Assembly: GCA_963805575.1 (NCBI GenBank)
Contig: CAWDUL010000005.1
Span: forward strand, 683,473 to 747,472
Reading direction: 5' to 3'
Length of the DNA: 64,000 nt
Source of the DNA: an uncultured Actinomycetes bacterium
GTDB taxonomy: Bacteria > Actinomycetota > Thermoleophilia > Gaiellales > Gaiellaceae
In this document: in pieces, positions 27,293 to 38,456 of the stretch
How positions within the stretch are numbered: the first letter of the stretch is position 1
Layout of the letters: each line of letters starts with the position of its first letter
Translations under genes and position numbers: made by a program
Notes under the pieces: generated by a model
The model's database searches: none
Told to the model about the DNA's origin: nothing
What the model saw: the letters and a program-made list of their open reading frames with translations, nothing else

Positions 27293-28462
27293 CTACCAGC
27301 GAGAGCGGCGGCCGCGGCGGCTCGTATAGAGCAGCTTCGGGCGGGCCGTCTGCATGCCGGTGCTCTCGAACTGCTCCTTGTGCCCGGCGAGCATGGCGAC
27401 GCGGCTGACGTCGGCCTGCTGGTCGGGGAGGACGAGCGTGCTGCCGCGACCCGCGCGTCCGGCTCGGCCGGTGCGGCCGACGCGGTGCGTGTAGCCCTTG
27501 TCGTCCTCCGGCGGGTCGAAGTTGATCACGTGCCCGATCGCTTCGAGATCGAGACCGCGTGCCGCGACGTCGGTGGCGACGAGCGTCGTGACCTTCCCGC
27601 TGCGGAACTTCTCGAGCGTGCGCTCCCGGGCGGACTGCGCCATGTCGCCGTGGAGGGCAGCGGCGTTGATGTTCCGCCGGCTGAGCTTCTGGGCGAGGCG
27701 GTCCGCCCCGCGCTTCGTGCGGACGAAGACGAGGTTGAGCCCGTCCTCGGCCTCGAGCAGCTCGACGAGCGTGTCGACCTTCCCGTCCGGGGTGACCGAG
27801 ACGAAGCCGTGCTCGATGATGCCGTCCTCGTCGCTCGAGTGACGCTGTGCCTCGAACCGTGAGGCGTCCTGCGTGTACTCGCGGGCGAGATCGCCGACCT
27901 CGCCGTCGAGCGTCGCCGAGAAGAGCATCGTCTGGCGCTCGCGGGGCATGCGCCGGAGGATCCGCTCGACCTGCGGCTTGAAGCCCATGTCGAGCATCCG
28001 GTCGGCCTCGTCGAGCACGAGGACGTGGACGTTGTCGAGCGAGATCATCTTGCGCTCGACGAGATCGTGCAGCCGGCCGGGCGTCGCGACGACGATGTGC
28101 GCACCCTTGAGCTTTTTCGCCTGAGCCGGCACCGGAGCGCCGCCGTAGGCGAGTCCGACCTTGACGCCCTTCGCCGTGGCGAACGACTCGATCTCCTCGG
28201 CGACCTGGAGTGCGAGCTCGCGGGTCGGGACGAGAACGAGCGAGGTCGGGGTCTTGCCGTCGGCCGGCGTCCGCTCGACGAGTGGGATGCCGAAGCCGAG
28301 CGTCTTGCCCGAGCCTGTCGGCGCCTTGGCGAGGATGTCGCGACCCTCGAGCGCGTCCGGCAGGACGAGCGTTTGTATGCGGAACGGCTCGGTGATGCCG
28401 CGGGCCGCGAGCGCTTGCTCGACAGGCTCGCTCACGCCGAGCGCGCGAAACGTGTCAGACAT
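27293..28462 (-). CDS. DEAD-box ATP-dependent RNA helicase
   Basis: It has the Q-motif 'FRIQ', 'AKAPTGSGKT', 'DEAD', 'SAT' and 'HRVGRTGRAG', plus a basic C-terminal tail. Confidence 0.92.
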   Translation of the reverse strand: MSDTFRALGVSEPVEQALAARGITEPFRIQTLVLPDALEGRDILAKAPTGSGKTLGFGIPLVERTPADGKTPTSLVLVPTRELALQVAEEIESFATAKGVKVGLAYGGAPVPAQAKKLKGAHIVVATPGRLHDLVERKMISLDNVHVLVLDEADRMLDMGFKPQVERILRRMPRERQTMLFSATLDGEVGDLAREYTQDASRFEAQRHSSDEDGIIEHGFVSVTPDGKVDTLVELLEAEDGLNLVFVRTKRGADRLAQKLSRRNINAAALHGDMAQSARERTLEKFRSGKVTTLVATDVAARGLDLEAIGHVINFDPPEDDKGYTHRVGRTGRAGRAGRGSTLVLPDQQADVSRVAMLAGHKEQFESTGMQTARPKLLYTSRRGRRSRW

Positions 28463-28618
28463 ATGAAGTTCGACTCCTTGATTCGGATTCGAGAATCAGA
28501 CGCTCGAATCCGCTCAAAGGAGGAACGAGAAGCTGATCTCACAGGACGACCCGTTGCCGTCCGTGCAATAAGCGTAGCAGCAGCTTGGCGTTCTGGGTGG
28601 AAAACCGCCTCCAGACGG

Positions 28619-29223
28619 CTAGGACACCGGCGTCAGCTCACCGGCGCGCACCTCGAGCGGAAGGCGGTTCGCGGGCGGGGTGAGGGGACACGCCCACCGC
28701 GGGTCGTACGCACAGGACGGGTTGTAGGCGAAGTTGAAGTCGACGACGAGACGGTCGCCGACCGTGCCGAGATCGGAGCCCTTGACCGTGTCGAGCACGT
28801 AGCGGCCGGCGCCGTAGGTCTCCTTGCCGCTCGTCCGGTCGCCGAACGGCAGGAATACGCCGCCGCCGTACCCCTCGAGCCAGAAGAGCTCGAGCGATTG
28901 CTCCGCCCCGCCGAGCACGAACAGCGCGCGACCGAAGCGCCGGAACCGCATCGACGAGCCGGCGCTGCCTGCGATCTCGCGTACCTCCGCCGCCGCTGGA
29001 TCGACGTCGGCGAGGACCCGCAGCGCCGGATCGTAGGGAAAGTACGGCACCTCGGAGAAGCCTTCCCGCGCCTCCTGTGTCAACGGCGACTGCGGATGTG
29101 TGCGATAGAGCTCGTCGCGGACGGAGCGCCAGTGCTCCCACGCTTCGCCAGGGTCGGGGGCAGCGCGTACCTCTGCGTACAACTCGAAGATGCGGCGCTT
29201 CCAATCGAGGAGCTCGAGCTCGT

Positions 29224-29227
<4 letters not shown>
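28619..29227 (-). CDS. DUF1684 family protein
   Basis: From the GTG at 29227, evidence is 'FPYDPALRV', 'GKETYGAGRYV' and 'DFNFAYNPSCAYDPRWACPLTPPANRL'. The upstream part of the track ORF is junk. Confidence 0.75.
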
Positions 29228-31391
<2,164 letters not shown>

Positions 31392-31396
31392 TCAGC

Positions 31397-31936
31397 TCAT
31401 GACCGAGCGCCGTGCGGCGCTGGACGAAGCGTGCCTACCGCGACGTACGCGATGGCGAGAGCGAGTACCAACGCGCCGCCGATCAGCGTGCCGGTGTCGC
31501 CGCCGCTCGGCTTCGACACCATGTCGGCGACGGCGAGATAGAGCACCGTGAGCTCGACCACCGCAAGCCTTCCGAGCAGCCGGCCGGCGCGCGCAGGATC
31601 GACGGCGCCCTTTGCCTGACGACGAACGAGTGGTGCGCGAATCGTGACGTTGAGCAGGAACGAGAACGCGAAAGCACCGAGGCCGAGCTTGATCCACAAC
31701 GGCGCGAACGTCCACGAACCGTCGAGAACGAGCAGCACCCCGAGCACGAGCGCCCCGAGCGCGGCCGGAGCGAAGACCCGCGGGCCGAGTGCACGACCGA
31801 GCGGGCCGATGCGACGCAAAAGCTCGCGATCGCTGCGCCCGGCGTAGATCGCAAGCAGCGCGAGCGCGGTGCCGGTACCGAGCCAGACGATGACGCAGAC
31901 GATGTGCAGGAACAGCAGGAGCTCGTAGCGGCTCAA
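31397..31936 (-). CDS. Integral membrane protein (about 4 TM, DUF2269-like)
   Basis: It has hydrophobic segments throughout. I prefer the TTG at 31936, which is preceded by GGGGGAGG. The track GTG at 31987 sits inside the operator palindrome. Confidence 0.6.
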   Translation of the reverse strand: MSRYELLLFLHIVCVIVWLGTGTALALLAIYAGRSDRELLRRIGPLGRALGPRVFAPAALGALVLGVLLVLDGSWTFAPLWIKLGLGAFAFSFLLNVTIRAPLVRRQAKGAVDPARAGRLLGRLAVVELTVLYLAVADMVSKPSGGDTGTLIGGALVLALAIAYVAVGTLRPAPHGARS

Positions 31937-31985
31937 GGCGGGCCTCCCCCGATTCGGGACACAATTCGTATTGCTACGATAGTAC

Positions 31986-32013
31986 ACTAATCATTACTAC
32001 ACTAATGATTAGT
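31986..32013. promoter_or_regulatory. Candidate MarR operator in the divergent promoter region
   Basis: ACTAATCATTA-6 nt-TAATGATTAGT is a perfect 11-bp inverted repeat, and TACACTAAT also occurs as a direct repeat. It lies in a sharply AT-rich island between the membrane-protein and MarR genes. Confidence 0.6.
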
Positions 32014-32024
32014 ACCGTCGTATC

Positions 32025-32468
32025 GTGAAGGGAACGATGAGACCTCCAGGCACCCCGGTCGGGCTCCAGCTCGCGCTCACGTCGAAGCTCGTGAGCCGTG
32101 CCTTCAACGACGTGCTCGCGGAGGCAGGAGGCTCACTCCCCGTGTGGCTCGTCCTCAGCTCCCTGAAGCAGGAGCACCGCCGCACGCAGCTCGACCTCGC
32201 ACGGGCTATCGGAATCGAAGGCCCCACGCTGACACGTCACCTCGACGGCCTCGAGGAGAGCGGCCTCGTCATGAGGCATCGCGACACCGGCGATCGCCGC
32301 GCGGTCCGCGTCGAGCTCACCGAGGCAGGCGAGCAACTCCATGCGGCGCTCCTGAAAGGCGTGATCGCGTTCCACAAACGGCTCACGAGCGGCGTGAGCG
32401 AGCCTGAGCTCGAACGCCTCAATCGGACGCTCGCGCGACTCGCGGACAACGTGCGGACGGACGGCTGA
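32025..32468 (+). CDS. MarR family transcriptional regulator
   Basis: The winged-HTH region is '[44 protein letters not shown]'. The ATG at 32037 is an alternative start. Confidence 0.88.
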   Translation: MKGTMRPPGTPVGLQLALTSKLVSRAFNDVLAEAGGSLPVWLVLSSLKQEHRRTQLDLARAIGIEGPTLTRHLDGLEESGLVMRHRDTGDRRAVRVELTEAGEQLHAALLKGVIAFHKRLTSGVSEPELERLNRTLARLADNVRTDG

Positions 32469-32508
32469 CGCGCTCTCCACGCCACGGCGCTGGTGCTACA
32501 AGAGAGGC

Positions 32509-32901
32509 ATGACGAAGATTCAGAAGACCGAAGCAGAGTGGCGCGCAGAGCTCGACCCTGAGCAGTACCGCGTGCTGCGCCAGAAAGGCACCGAGGCGCC
32601 GTTCACCGGCGAGTACGACCACGTGTTCGAGCCCGGAACGTACATCTGCGCAGGGTGCGGCGCGGAGCTCTTCGAGTCGGACACCAAGTACGACTCGGGC
32701 TGCGGCTGGCCGGCGTTCTACGCGCCGAAGGCCGGCGATGCGATCGACGAGGAGACCGACGTCTCGCACGGGATGCGGCGCACCGAGGTCATGTGTGCGA
32801 ACTGCGGCGGCCACCTGGGCCACGTGTTTCCCGACGGCCCCGCACCGACCGGGCAGCGCTACTGCATCAACTCGGCGGCGCTGAAGCTCGAGGAGAAGTA
32901 A
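32509..32901 (+). CDS. msrB: Peptide-methionine (R)-S-oxide reductase
   Basis: Evidence is '[17 protein letters not shown]', the CxxC pairs 'CAGCG' and 'CANCG', and the catalytic region '[17 protein letters not shown]'. Confidence 0.95.
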   Translation: MTKIQKTEAEWRAELDPEQYRVLRQKGTEAPFTGEYDHVFEPGTYICAGCGAELFESDTKYDSGCGWPAFYAPKAGDAIDEETDVSHGMRRTEVMCANCGGHLGHVFPDGPAPTGQRYCINSAALKLEEK

Positions 32902-33700
32902 GGAAGTACCGCAGGAACAGGTGGCTGTCGTGCCGCCGGATCGATACGAGGTCGCCTGCGACACGTACGTCGGGCAACAGCTCGGCGCCGTCGGCGAGCG
33001 ACAGGCGCGGCAGGCCCGAGCGTCCCGCGAGGAGGGGCGACACGGTGAGGAAGAGCTCGTCGACGAGCCCGGCGGCGACGAGGGACGAGAAGAGCGTCGG
33101 GCCGCCCTCCGAGAGCACGAGCTCGTGGCCGCGGGCGTGTAGCGCTCCGAGCGCACGCGCCGGATCGACGCGGTCTCCTTCGTTCACCACCACGACCTCG
33201 GCGGCGGACGGCACGGCCGCCTGCAGGTCGGCCGCCGCGCCGGCGGTCGTCAGCACGGCGGCCCCGGCCTCCAGGACCGGATGCGTCGGGTCGAACGAGC
33301 CGCCCGCCGTGACGATTGCGACCGCCGGATGCAGGCTCTTGCCCAGTCGGCGGCGCAGCTCCGCAAATGCATCCGCCGCCGGTGGATAGACGCCTGCCGC
33401 ACGCCACTTGCCCTTCGGCGAGGCGAGCAGCGTTCCCGAGCCGATGACGACGACATCGGCGAACGCACGCAGAAGCCCCATGACGAAGCGGTCGGCCTCG
33501 CTCCCGTCGGAGACGATCGCGTTCGACCGTTCGACGGCAGGCATCGCGACGACTCCGTCGATCGTCTCGACGAAATTGGCGAAGACGGATCGGCGCGGGA
33601 ACCCGAGCCCGCCGCCGTACAGGCGCTCGAGCTCGTCCGGCAGGTCGAACGTCGGCAGGCCGGGCCGCTCGTCGAGCAGCTGGAGCGGCTCGAGTGTCAC
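32867..33700 (-). CDS. RibD C-terminal domain / dihydrofolate-reductase-like reductase
   Basis: Evidence is '[12 protein letters not shown]', '[21 protein letters not shown]', '[28 protein letters not shown]' and 'HLFLRY'. The GTG start overlaps the folE stop. Confidence 0.75.
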   Translation of the reverse strand: MTLEPLQLLDERPGLPTFDLPDELERLYGGGLGFPRRSVFANFVETIDGVVAMPAVERSNAIVSDGSEADRFVMGLLRAFADVVVIGSGTLLASPKGKWRAAGVYPPAADAFAELRRRLGKSLHPAVAIVTAGGSFDPTHPVLEAGAAVLTTAGAAADLQAAVPSAAEVVVVNEGDRVDPARALGALHARGHELVLSEGGPTLFSSLVAAGLVDELFLTVSPLLAGRSGLPRLSLADGAELLPDVRVAGDLVSIRRHDSHLFLRYFLTSPRASAPPS

Positions 33701-34374
33701 GGTCTGCGGCGCGCGCGCACCTCGTCGAGGAACTCACGCCGCAGATCGGCGTCGTCGTCGTACGCGCCGCGCCAGAATGTCGTGCTCGTGCGCGAGCTCT
33801 CTTCATTCACGCCGCGCATCTGTGTGCAGAGATGCGACGCATCGAGATGGACTGCGACGCCTTGCGGTGCGACGAGCTCGACGAGCCCATCGGCGATCTG
33901 CTCGCCGAGCCGCTCTTGCACCGTGAACCTGCGCGCATAGAGCCTGACGAGCCTCGTCAGCTTCGAGATGCCGAGGATCTCGCCGGCGGGGATGTACGCG
34001 ACGTGCGCAACGCCGTGGAACGGCAGTGCGTGATGCTCGCACAGGGAGAAGAACGAGATCGGCCCCTCGATCACCTGACTGTGCAGCCCTGCAATGCCCT
34101 CGGGCCGCTCCGCCGGGAACGCGGTGCGGAGCTTCGCGTCGCCGTCGTAACCGGCCGTCGAATCGACGAGCGCCTGCAGGAACCGGCGCGGCGTGTCTCG
34201 GGTCCCCGGCGTGTCGAGGTCCATGCCCAATGCATCGAGGATCTCGGCGAGATGCCGTTCGAAACGATCGAAGTCCGGCGTTGCGATATGCCGTGGTGCG
34301 ACGTGCTCCCATCGAGCAGGCAGCTCGACGATGTTCGAGTCGTCGTCCTCTGCCTCTCCGTACCGGTTGCTCAC
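33697..34374 (-). CDS. folE: GTP cyclohydrolase I
   Basis: Evidence is 'TPRRFLQAL', 'FFSLCEHHALPFHGVAHVAYIP', 'ISKLTRLV' and 'HLCTQMRGV'. Confidence 0.93.
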   Translation of the reverse strand: MSNRYGEAEDDDSNIVELPARWEHVAPRHIATPDFDRFERHLAEILDALGMDLDTPGTRDTPRRFLQALVDSTAGYDGDAKLRTAFPAERPEGIAGLHSQVIEGPISFFSLCEHHALPFHGVAHVAYIPAGEILGISKLTRLVRLYARRFTVQERLGEQIADGLVELVAPQGVAVHLDASHLCTQMRGVNEESSRTSTTFWRGAYDDDADLRREFLDEVRARRRP

Positions 34375-35165
34375 GTGATGCCTCCTGGTTGACTGCGTAG
34401 AACCGCGCCACTGCGAAGCGTCTCACGGCGCGCAACGAGCACCGCGACGAGCACGACCTCGGCCGCCAGCACCCAGACGAACGCCAGCGGATGACCGACG
34501 GCGATGCATACACCGAACGCGGCCAGCTGCGGCGTCATTCCCATGTTGGCGAGCACCGAGACGGTTGCACGATCGTGATACGCGGCCCGGGCCTCGTCGG
34601 ATGCGCCGCGCAGCCGGGATTCGACGAAGCGCTCGACGAGGGTGTCCTGCCAACCGTAGGACCACGCGTAGAGCCGCTGGAGAGCGAGGGTGAGCCCGTG
34701 CGCCTCGGGCACCGAAACCGCAGCGCCGCGGTACAGGCGCTCGAGGTTGAAGTTGACGCTGAGCACGGCCGTGAGCGCGACGAAGCCGACGAGAGCGGCG
34801 AACGGCGCGTGGGCGTACCACCCGAGCCCTGCAAAGAGGGCTGCATCGACGAGGAGATCGCATTCGGAGTCGAGGTAGCGGCCGAGCAGCGTGACGCGGC
34901 CGGAGAGCCGCGCGAGCTGCCCGTCGGCGTTGTCGAGCACGGTCTTCAGCTGGATGAGCAGAGCCGCGGCCAGGAGCTGTCCGCGTGCGAGCTCGACCGC
35001 ACCTGCGATCCCGGCCGCGGCAGAGGCGAGCACCACCACGGGCGGCGGCACGCGCAACGGCAGCAGCACGAGCACCACCAGGTGCGCGAGCGGACGGAAG
35101 ACGCGCTCGCACAGCACGTCGGTTCCCGCTCTCGTCTTGCGCGAGCGTGCGAGCCTAGAAGGCAA
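34371..35165 (-). CDS. CDP-alcohol phosphatidyltransferase family membrane protein
   Basis: 'DNADGQLARLSGRVTLLGRYLDSECD' matches the D-G-x2-A-R-x8-G-x3-D-x3-D signature. It has multiple TM segments. Confidence 0.82.
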   Translation of the reverse strand: MPSRLARSRKTRAGTDVLCERVFRPLAHLVVLVLLPLRVPPPVVVLASAAAGIAGAVELARGQLLAAALLIQLKTVLDNADGQLARLSGRVTLLGRYLDSECDLLVDAALFAGLGWYAHAPFAALVGFVALTAVLSVNFNLERLYRGAAVSVPEAHGLTLALQRLYAWSYGWQDTLVERFVESRLRGASDEARAAYHDRATVSVLANMGMTPQLAAFGVCIAVGHPLAFVWVLAAEVVLVAVLVARRETLRSGAVLRSQPGGIT

Positions 35166-36318
35166 GTGCTCCCTCGTCGATCGGCGTGCCGGCGCGGATC
35201 AGCTCACGGCCTGCGTCGACCTTGCCCCACGTGTCCCAGAACAGGAAGCCGCGTGGCCGCCGCTCGCCGTCGACGAACGCGACGACGCCCTTGCGGTTCG
35301 GCTCCTCCCAGCGCTCGATCGTGTCGAGTCTCGGGTCGACCTCGCCGACCGCCTCGTACCCGAGCTCGAACAGGTCGGAGTAGAAGAACGGCAGATGGTC
35401 GTAGGGCTCGCCTGCGCCGGCCATGTTCGCCCCGACGGCCAGACCATGGGAGTTCGCATGATCCTCGTGCTCGACGCGGACGTTCTTGCCGAGCGCGGGA
35501 ATCGGGAAGTTCGCCACGTCGCCCGCCGCGAAGACATCGTCACGGCCACCCACGCGGCCGAGGTCGTCGACGACGATGCCGTTGTCGACGGGGAGTCCCG
35601 CAGCCTCGGCGAGCTCCGTGGCCGGCACGATGCCGAGCCCCGCGACGATGACGTCCGCCTGGAGCTCGCGGCCGGAACCGGTCGTGAGGACCCCATCGCG
35701 AACCGACGACACCGTGTCACCCGCCAGCACCTCGACACCCTTCTCGCGGTAGTACTCGGTCACGAAGTCCGCGAGCTCGGCAGGGAACAGCCGCGCGCCG
35801 ATCGCCGACTCGGGAAAGACCATGGTCACGCCCGCGCCCGCACCATCGAGCGCAGCGGCGATCTCCGATCCGATGAAGCCGCCGCCGATCACGATGAAGC
35901 GCGCTCCCTCATCGGCACGAGAACGGAGCGCCCGGTAGTCGTCGATCGTGCGGAAGTAGACGACGTCGCCGTCCGCATCGTCCAGCTCGCGTGGACGCCC
36001 GCCGGTCGCGAGCAGCAGCTTCTCGTAGCCGTACTCGTCGCCGTGGTCGTCGACGGCGCGGTGGCCGTCGAGGTCGAGCTCGACGATGCGCCGCCCGAGC
36101 ACGAGGTCGGCACCGTGCTCCGCGGTGCCGCGCCAGATCTTCGACTCCTCGCCGCCTGACCAGAGCTTCTTGGTGAGCGGGGGCCGCGCGTACGGCGGGT
36201 GGGTCTCGGCGCCGACGAGCGTGATCGTGCCGTCAGCGTCGCGGCTCCGGATCCCCTTCACGGCAGCGTCGGCGGTCATGCCGCCGCCAACGATCAGGTA
36301 TCGACTGGTCGTGCTCAC
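35155..36318 (-). CDS. FAD/NAD(P)-dependent oxidoreductase (ferredoxin-reductase / AIF-like)
   Basis: The two dinucleotide folds are 'YLIVGGGMTADAA' and 'FIVIGGGFIGSE'. 'VFAAGDVA' is also present. The protein is 387 aa. Confidence 0.85.
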   Translation of the reverse strand: MSTTSRYLIVGGGMTADAAVKGIRSRDADGTITLVGAETHPPYARPPLTKKLWSGGEESKIWRGTAEHGADLVLGRRIVELDLDGHRAVDDHGDEYGYEKLLLATGGRPRELDDADGDVVYFRTIDDYRALRSRADEGARFIVIGGGFIGSEIAAALDGAGAGVTMVFPESAIGARLFPAELADFVTEYYREKGVEVLAGDTVSSVRDGVLTTGSGRELQADVIVAGLGIVPATELAEAAGLPVDNGIVVDDLGRVGGRDDVFAAGDVANFPIPALGKNVRVEHEDHANSHGLAVGANMAGAGEPYDHLPFFYSDLFELGYEAVGEVDPRLDTIERWEEPNRKGVVAFVDGERRPRGFLFWDTWGKVDAGRELIRAGTPIDEGALAF

Positions 36319-36400
36319 GTTGCCCCATTTCCGTCGGAGTGGCGAATCGTCAGGCGATTAGTGTCAGCAGTACGGATTTCCATACCTGCATACTGCTGAT

Positions 36401-36649
36401 ATGAGTGCTCCGGAGGGCTGGCTGGTGGTCGACGATGCGCTCGAGCAGATGTTCGTGCTGCCGTCCTTCGCCGAGGCGATCGCCTTCGTGAACCGCGTCG
36501 CCGAGCTCGCGGAGGCCGAGAACCACCATCCGGACGTGACCATCTCGTACAAGAAGGTCACCCTGCGCTGGACGACGCACTCGGAAGGCGGTATCACCGA
36601 CCGCGACCGTGACCTCGCGGCGCGCTCGGCTGCGCTCGCCAAACCCTAG
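36401..36649 (+). CDS. phhB: Pterin-4-alpha-carbinolamine dehydratase
   Basis: It is 82 aa. 'FAEAIAFVNRVAELAEAENHHPDVTISYKKVTLRWTTH' is the canonical PCD core. Confidence 0.9.
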   Translation: MSAPEGWLVVDDALEQMFVLPSFAEAIAFVNRVAELAEAENHHPDVTISYKKVTLRWTTHSEGGITDRDRDLAARSAALAKP

Positions 36650-36700
36650 GAGGGCTCGGCGGAATAGAGGCTGTGCCGCCATTCCGCCAAACCCTCCTAG
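36646..36700. terminator. Long bipartite hairpin between convergent genes, enclosing both stop codons
   Basis: CTAGGAGGG..GGCGGAAT (36646-36665) pairs with ATTCCGCC..CCCTCCTAG (36681-36700). Confidence 0.55.
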
Positions 36701-37413
36701 AGGCCGAGCGACCGCCGGGTCTCGTCGACCGCCGCGCGTGCTTTCTCGGCGAGGCGCCGCGCCTTCGCCGCGTCACGCTCGAGCGCGTCGGCGCGCTGCT
36801 CCGCCTCGCGTGCCGCGCTCTCGAGCTCCCGCACCCGCGCCTTCGCCTCGCGGAGCGCCGCCTTCGCCTCCCGCTGCTTCTCGGCTGCGCTCGCGCGTGC
36901 CGGCGTCTTTGCGCGTTTGGCGGGCACGAGACCCTCGAGGGAGGTGAACCCCTCCGACTCGAGCGGCATCGTGAACCGGCCCGTCGCGAGCAGCTCCCTC
37001 CCCTCCTCCGAGACGGCAGCAGTGCGCAGTGTCGAGGAGACCTGCTGGAGAACCGAGCTCGATGAGCCGCCGAGCAACCTCGCCGCCGCACGCTCGAGTC
37101 GCTTCAGCGCCTCGCGCTCGATCTCGCGGGCGCGCTCGAACTCGATGCGGTCGCCGCTGTCGCGCAGCAGGCCCGCCTGCGCCTCGCGGAGGCGGTAGCC
37201 GGCGTCGAGGAGCAGGTCGACGTCGCGCCGCTCCCGGCGCGCAAGCTGGTTCAGGGTCCAGGCGAAGACGGTCGGCTTGCGGACCTTGGCGAGCAGCGCC
37301 GCATCCTCTTTTTCCCCATCGTCCTTCAGCTTCTTGACGAGCCGGGCCCGTTCGGCGACGAACCTGTCGAGGTCGACGCCGAACAGCTCGTCGATCGCAT
37401 CGTCGAGCGTCAC
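36697..37413 (-). CDS. Hypothetical protein with a C-terminal charged coiled-coil, co-oriented 10 nt downstream of ku
   Basis: It is a clean 238-aa ORF. The N-terminus 'MTLDDAIDELFGVDLDRFVAERARLVKKLK' looks globular. The C-terminus is an Ala/Arg/Glu-rich helix (EKQREAKAALREAKARVRELESAAREAEQRADALERDAAKARR). Confidence 0.6.
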   Translation of the reverse strand: MTLDDAIDELFGVDLDRFVAERARLVKKLKDDGEKEDAALLAKVRKPTVFAWTLNQLARRERRDVDLLLDAGYRLREAQAGLLRDSGDRIEFERAREIEREALKRLERAAARLLGGSSSSVLQQVSSTLRTAAVSEEGRELLATGRFTMPLESEGFTSLEGLVPAKRAKTPARASAAEKQREAKAALREAKARVRELESAAREAEQRADALERDAAKARRLAEKARAAVDETRRSLGL

Positions 37414-37422
37414 AGGACCAGG

Positions 37423-38367
37423 TTATTCGGCAGACGCGACGGCCTCGGCGAGCTCGTCCTTCGACATGGACGAGCGGCCCGGGATGTCGAGCTCGCGGGC
37501 ACGCTCCTCGAGCTCGCTCTTCGTGGGGCTCTTCGCTTTGGTGGAGCCGTTTCCGGTGCGGTTCGGCCTGCCGGCTCGGCCGCTCTCGACCTGCTCGAGG
37601 CTCCGCCGCAGCGCCTCCATGAGATCGGGCGGAGATTCTTCCTCGGTCTCCGGCGCGCGATGCACCTCGCGGCCGGCGCGCTTCTCCTCGATGATCGCCA
37701 GGAGCGCCTCGCGATAGGTGTCGTGGTAGCGCTCGGGCTGCCATTCGCCGGCGAAGCCTTGAATGAGGCTGATGCCCATCTCGAGCTCGCGCTTCGCAAC
37801 GCTCGGCAGCTTGGCGGGAAGGATCGTCTCCGGGGTGTCGACCTCGTCGGCGAAGTACATCTGCTCGAGCGTGAGAATCCCGTTGCGTACGCGGAGGCAG
37901 CCGAGGTATTGGCGCCCGCGCAGCACGAACTTGCCGATTCCCGCGAGCGACGAATCCTCCATCGCGCGGACGAGCAGCGCGTACGGCCGCTCGGCGCCCT
38001 CCTGCGGACCGACGAGATAGGTATGGGAGAAGAACGCCGGATCGATCTCGTCGTAGGGCACGAAATCCTCGAGGTCGATCGTGTGCTGACCCTCGACCCG
38101 GGCTGCGTCGAAGTCCTCGTCCGTCAGGTGGACGAACTCGCCCTTCTCGACCTCGAACGCCTTGACGATCTCGTCGTTCGAGACGGGCTTGTCGTCGAGC
38201 TTGCAGATCTTCTGGTATCCGATCGGACCGTCGTCGACCTCGTGCACGAGGTGGAACGAGAGCTTGTGCTCGTGGACGGCGGTGAAGACCCGAACCGGGA
38301 CGTTGACGAGCCCGAAGCTGATCGAGCCGGTCCAGAGGGCGCGCGGAATGCGGGATCGCTTGGCCAT
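37423..38367 (-). CDS. ku: Ku protein (non-homologous end joining)
   Basis: 'RALWTGSISFGLVNVPVRVFTA' is the canonical bacterial Ku N-terminus, and 'KGEFV.LTDEDF' is also present. The basic C-terminal tail ends in a Rho_N/SAP-like 'LDIPGRSSMSKDELAEAV'. Confidence 0.92.
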   Translation of the reverse strand: MAKRSRIPRALWTGSISFGLVNVPVRVFTAVHEHKLSFHLVHEVDDGPIGYQKICKLDDKPVSNDEIVKAFEVEKGEFVHLTDEDFDAARVEGQHTIDLEDFVPYDEIDPAFFSHTYLVGPQEGAERPYALLVRAMEDSSLAGIGKFVLRGRQYLGCLRVRNGILTLEQMYFADEVDTPETILPAKLPSVAKRELEMGISLIQGFAGEWQPERYHDTYREALLAIIEEKRAGREVHRAPETEEESPPDLMEALRRSLEQVESGRAGRPNRTGNGSTKAKSPTKSELEERARELDIPGRSSMSKDELAEAVASAE

Positions 38368-38456
38368 CGAGGGATTCTCACCGTGCGGCCCGAACAGAAA
38401 ACCCCTGCAAAGCGGGGTCTGCGCCGGGGCGAAGCCCGGCTGATGCGTTTTGCCTC

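Noticed and set aside
32867-32901. The convergent 35-nt overlap of msrB and the RibD-C-like gene as a deliberate antisense control element.
   Set aside because: The last 12 codons of the reductase ORF (after the family-typical ...HLFLRY end) look like a read-on to the next available stop. Similar stop-stop overlaps occur at 5761-5764 and 39917-39920. This is more likely a consequence of stop-codon scarcity than of regulation.
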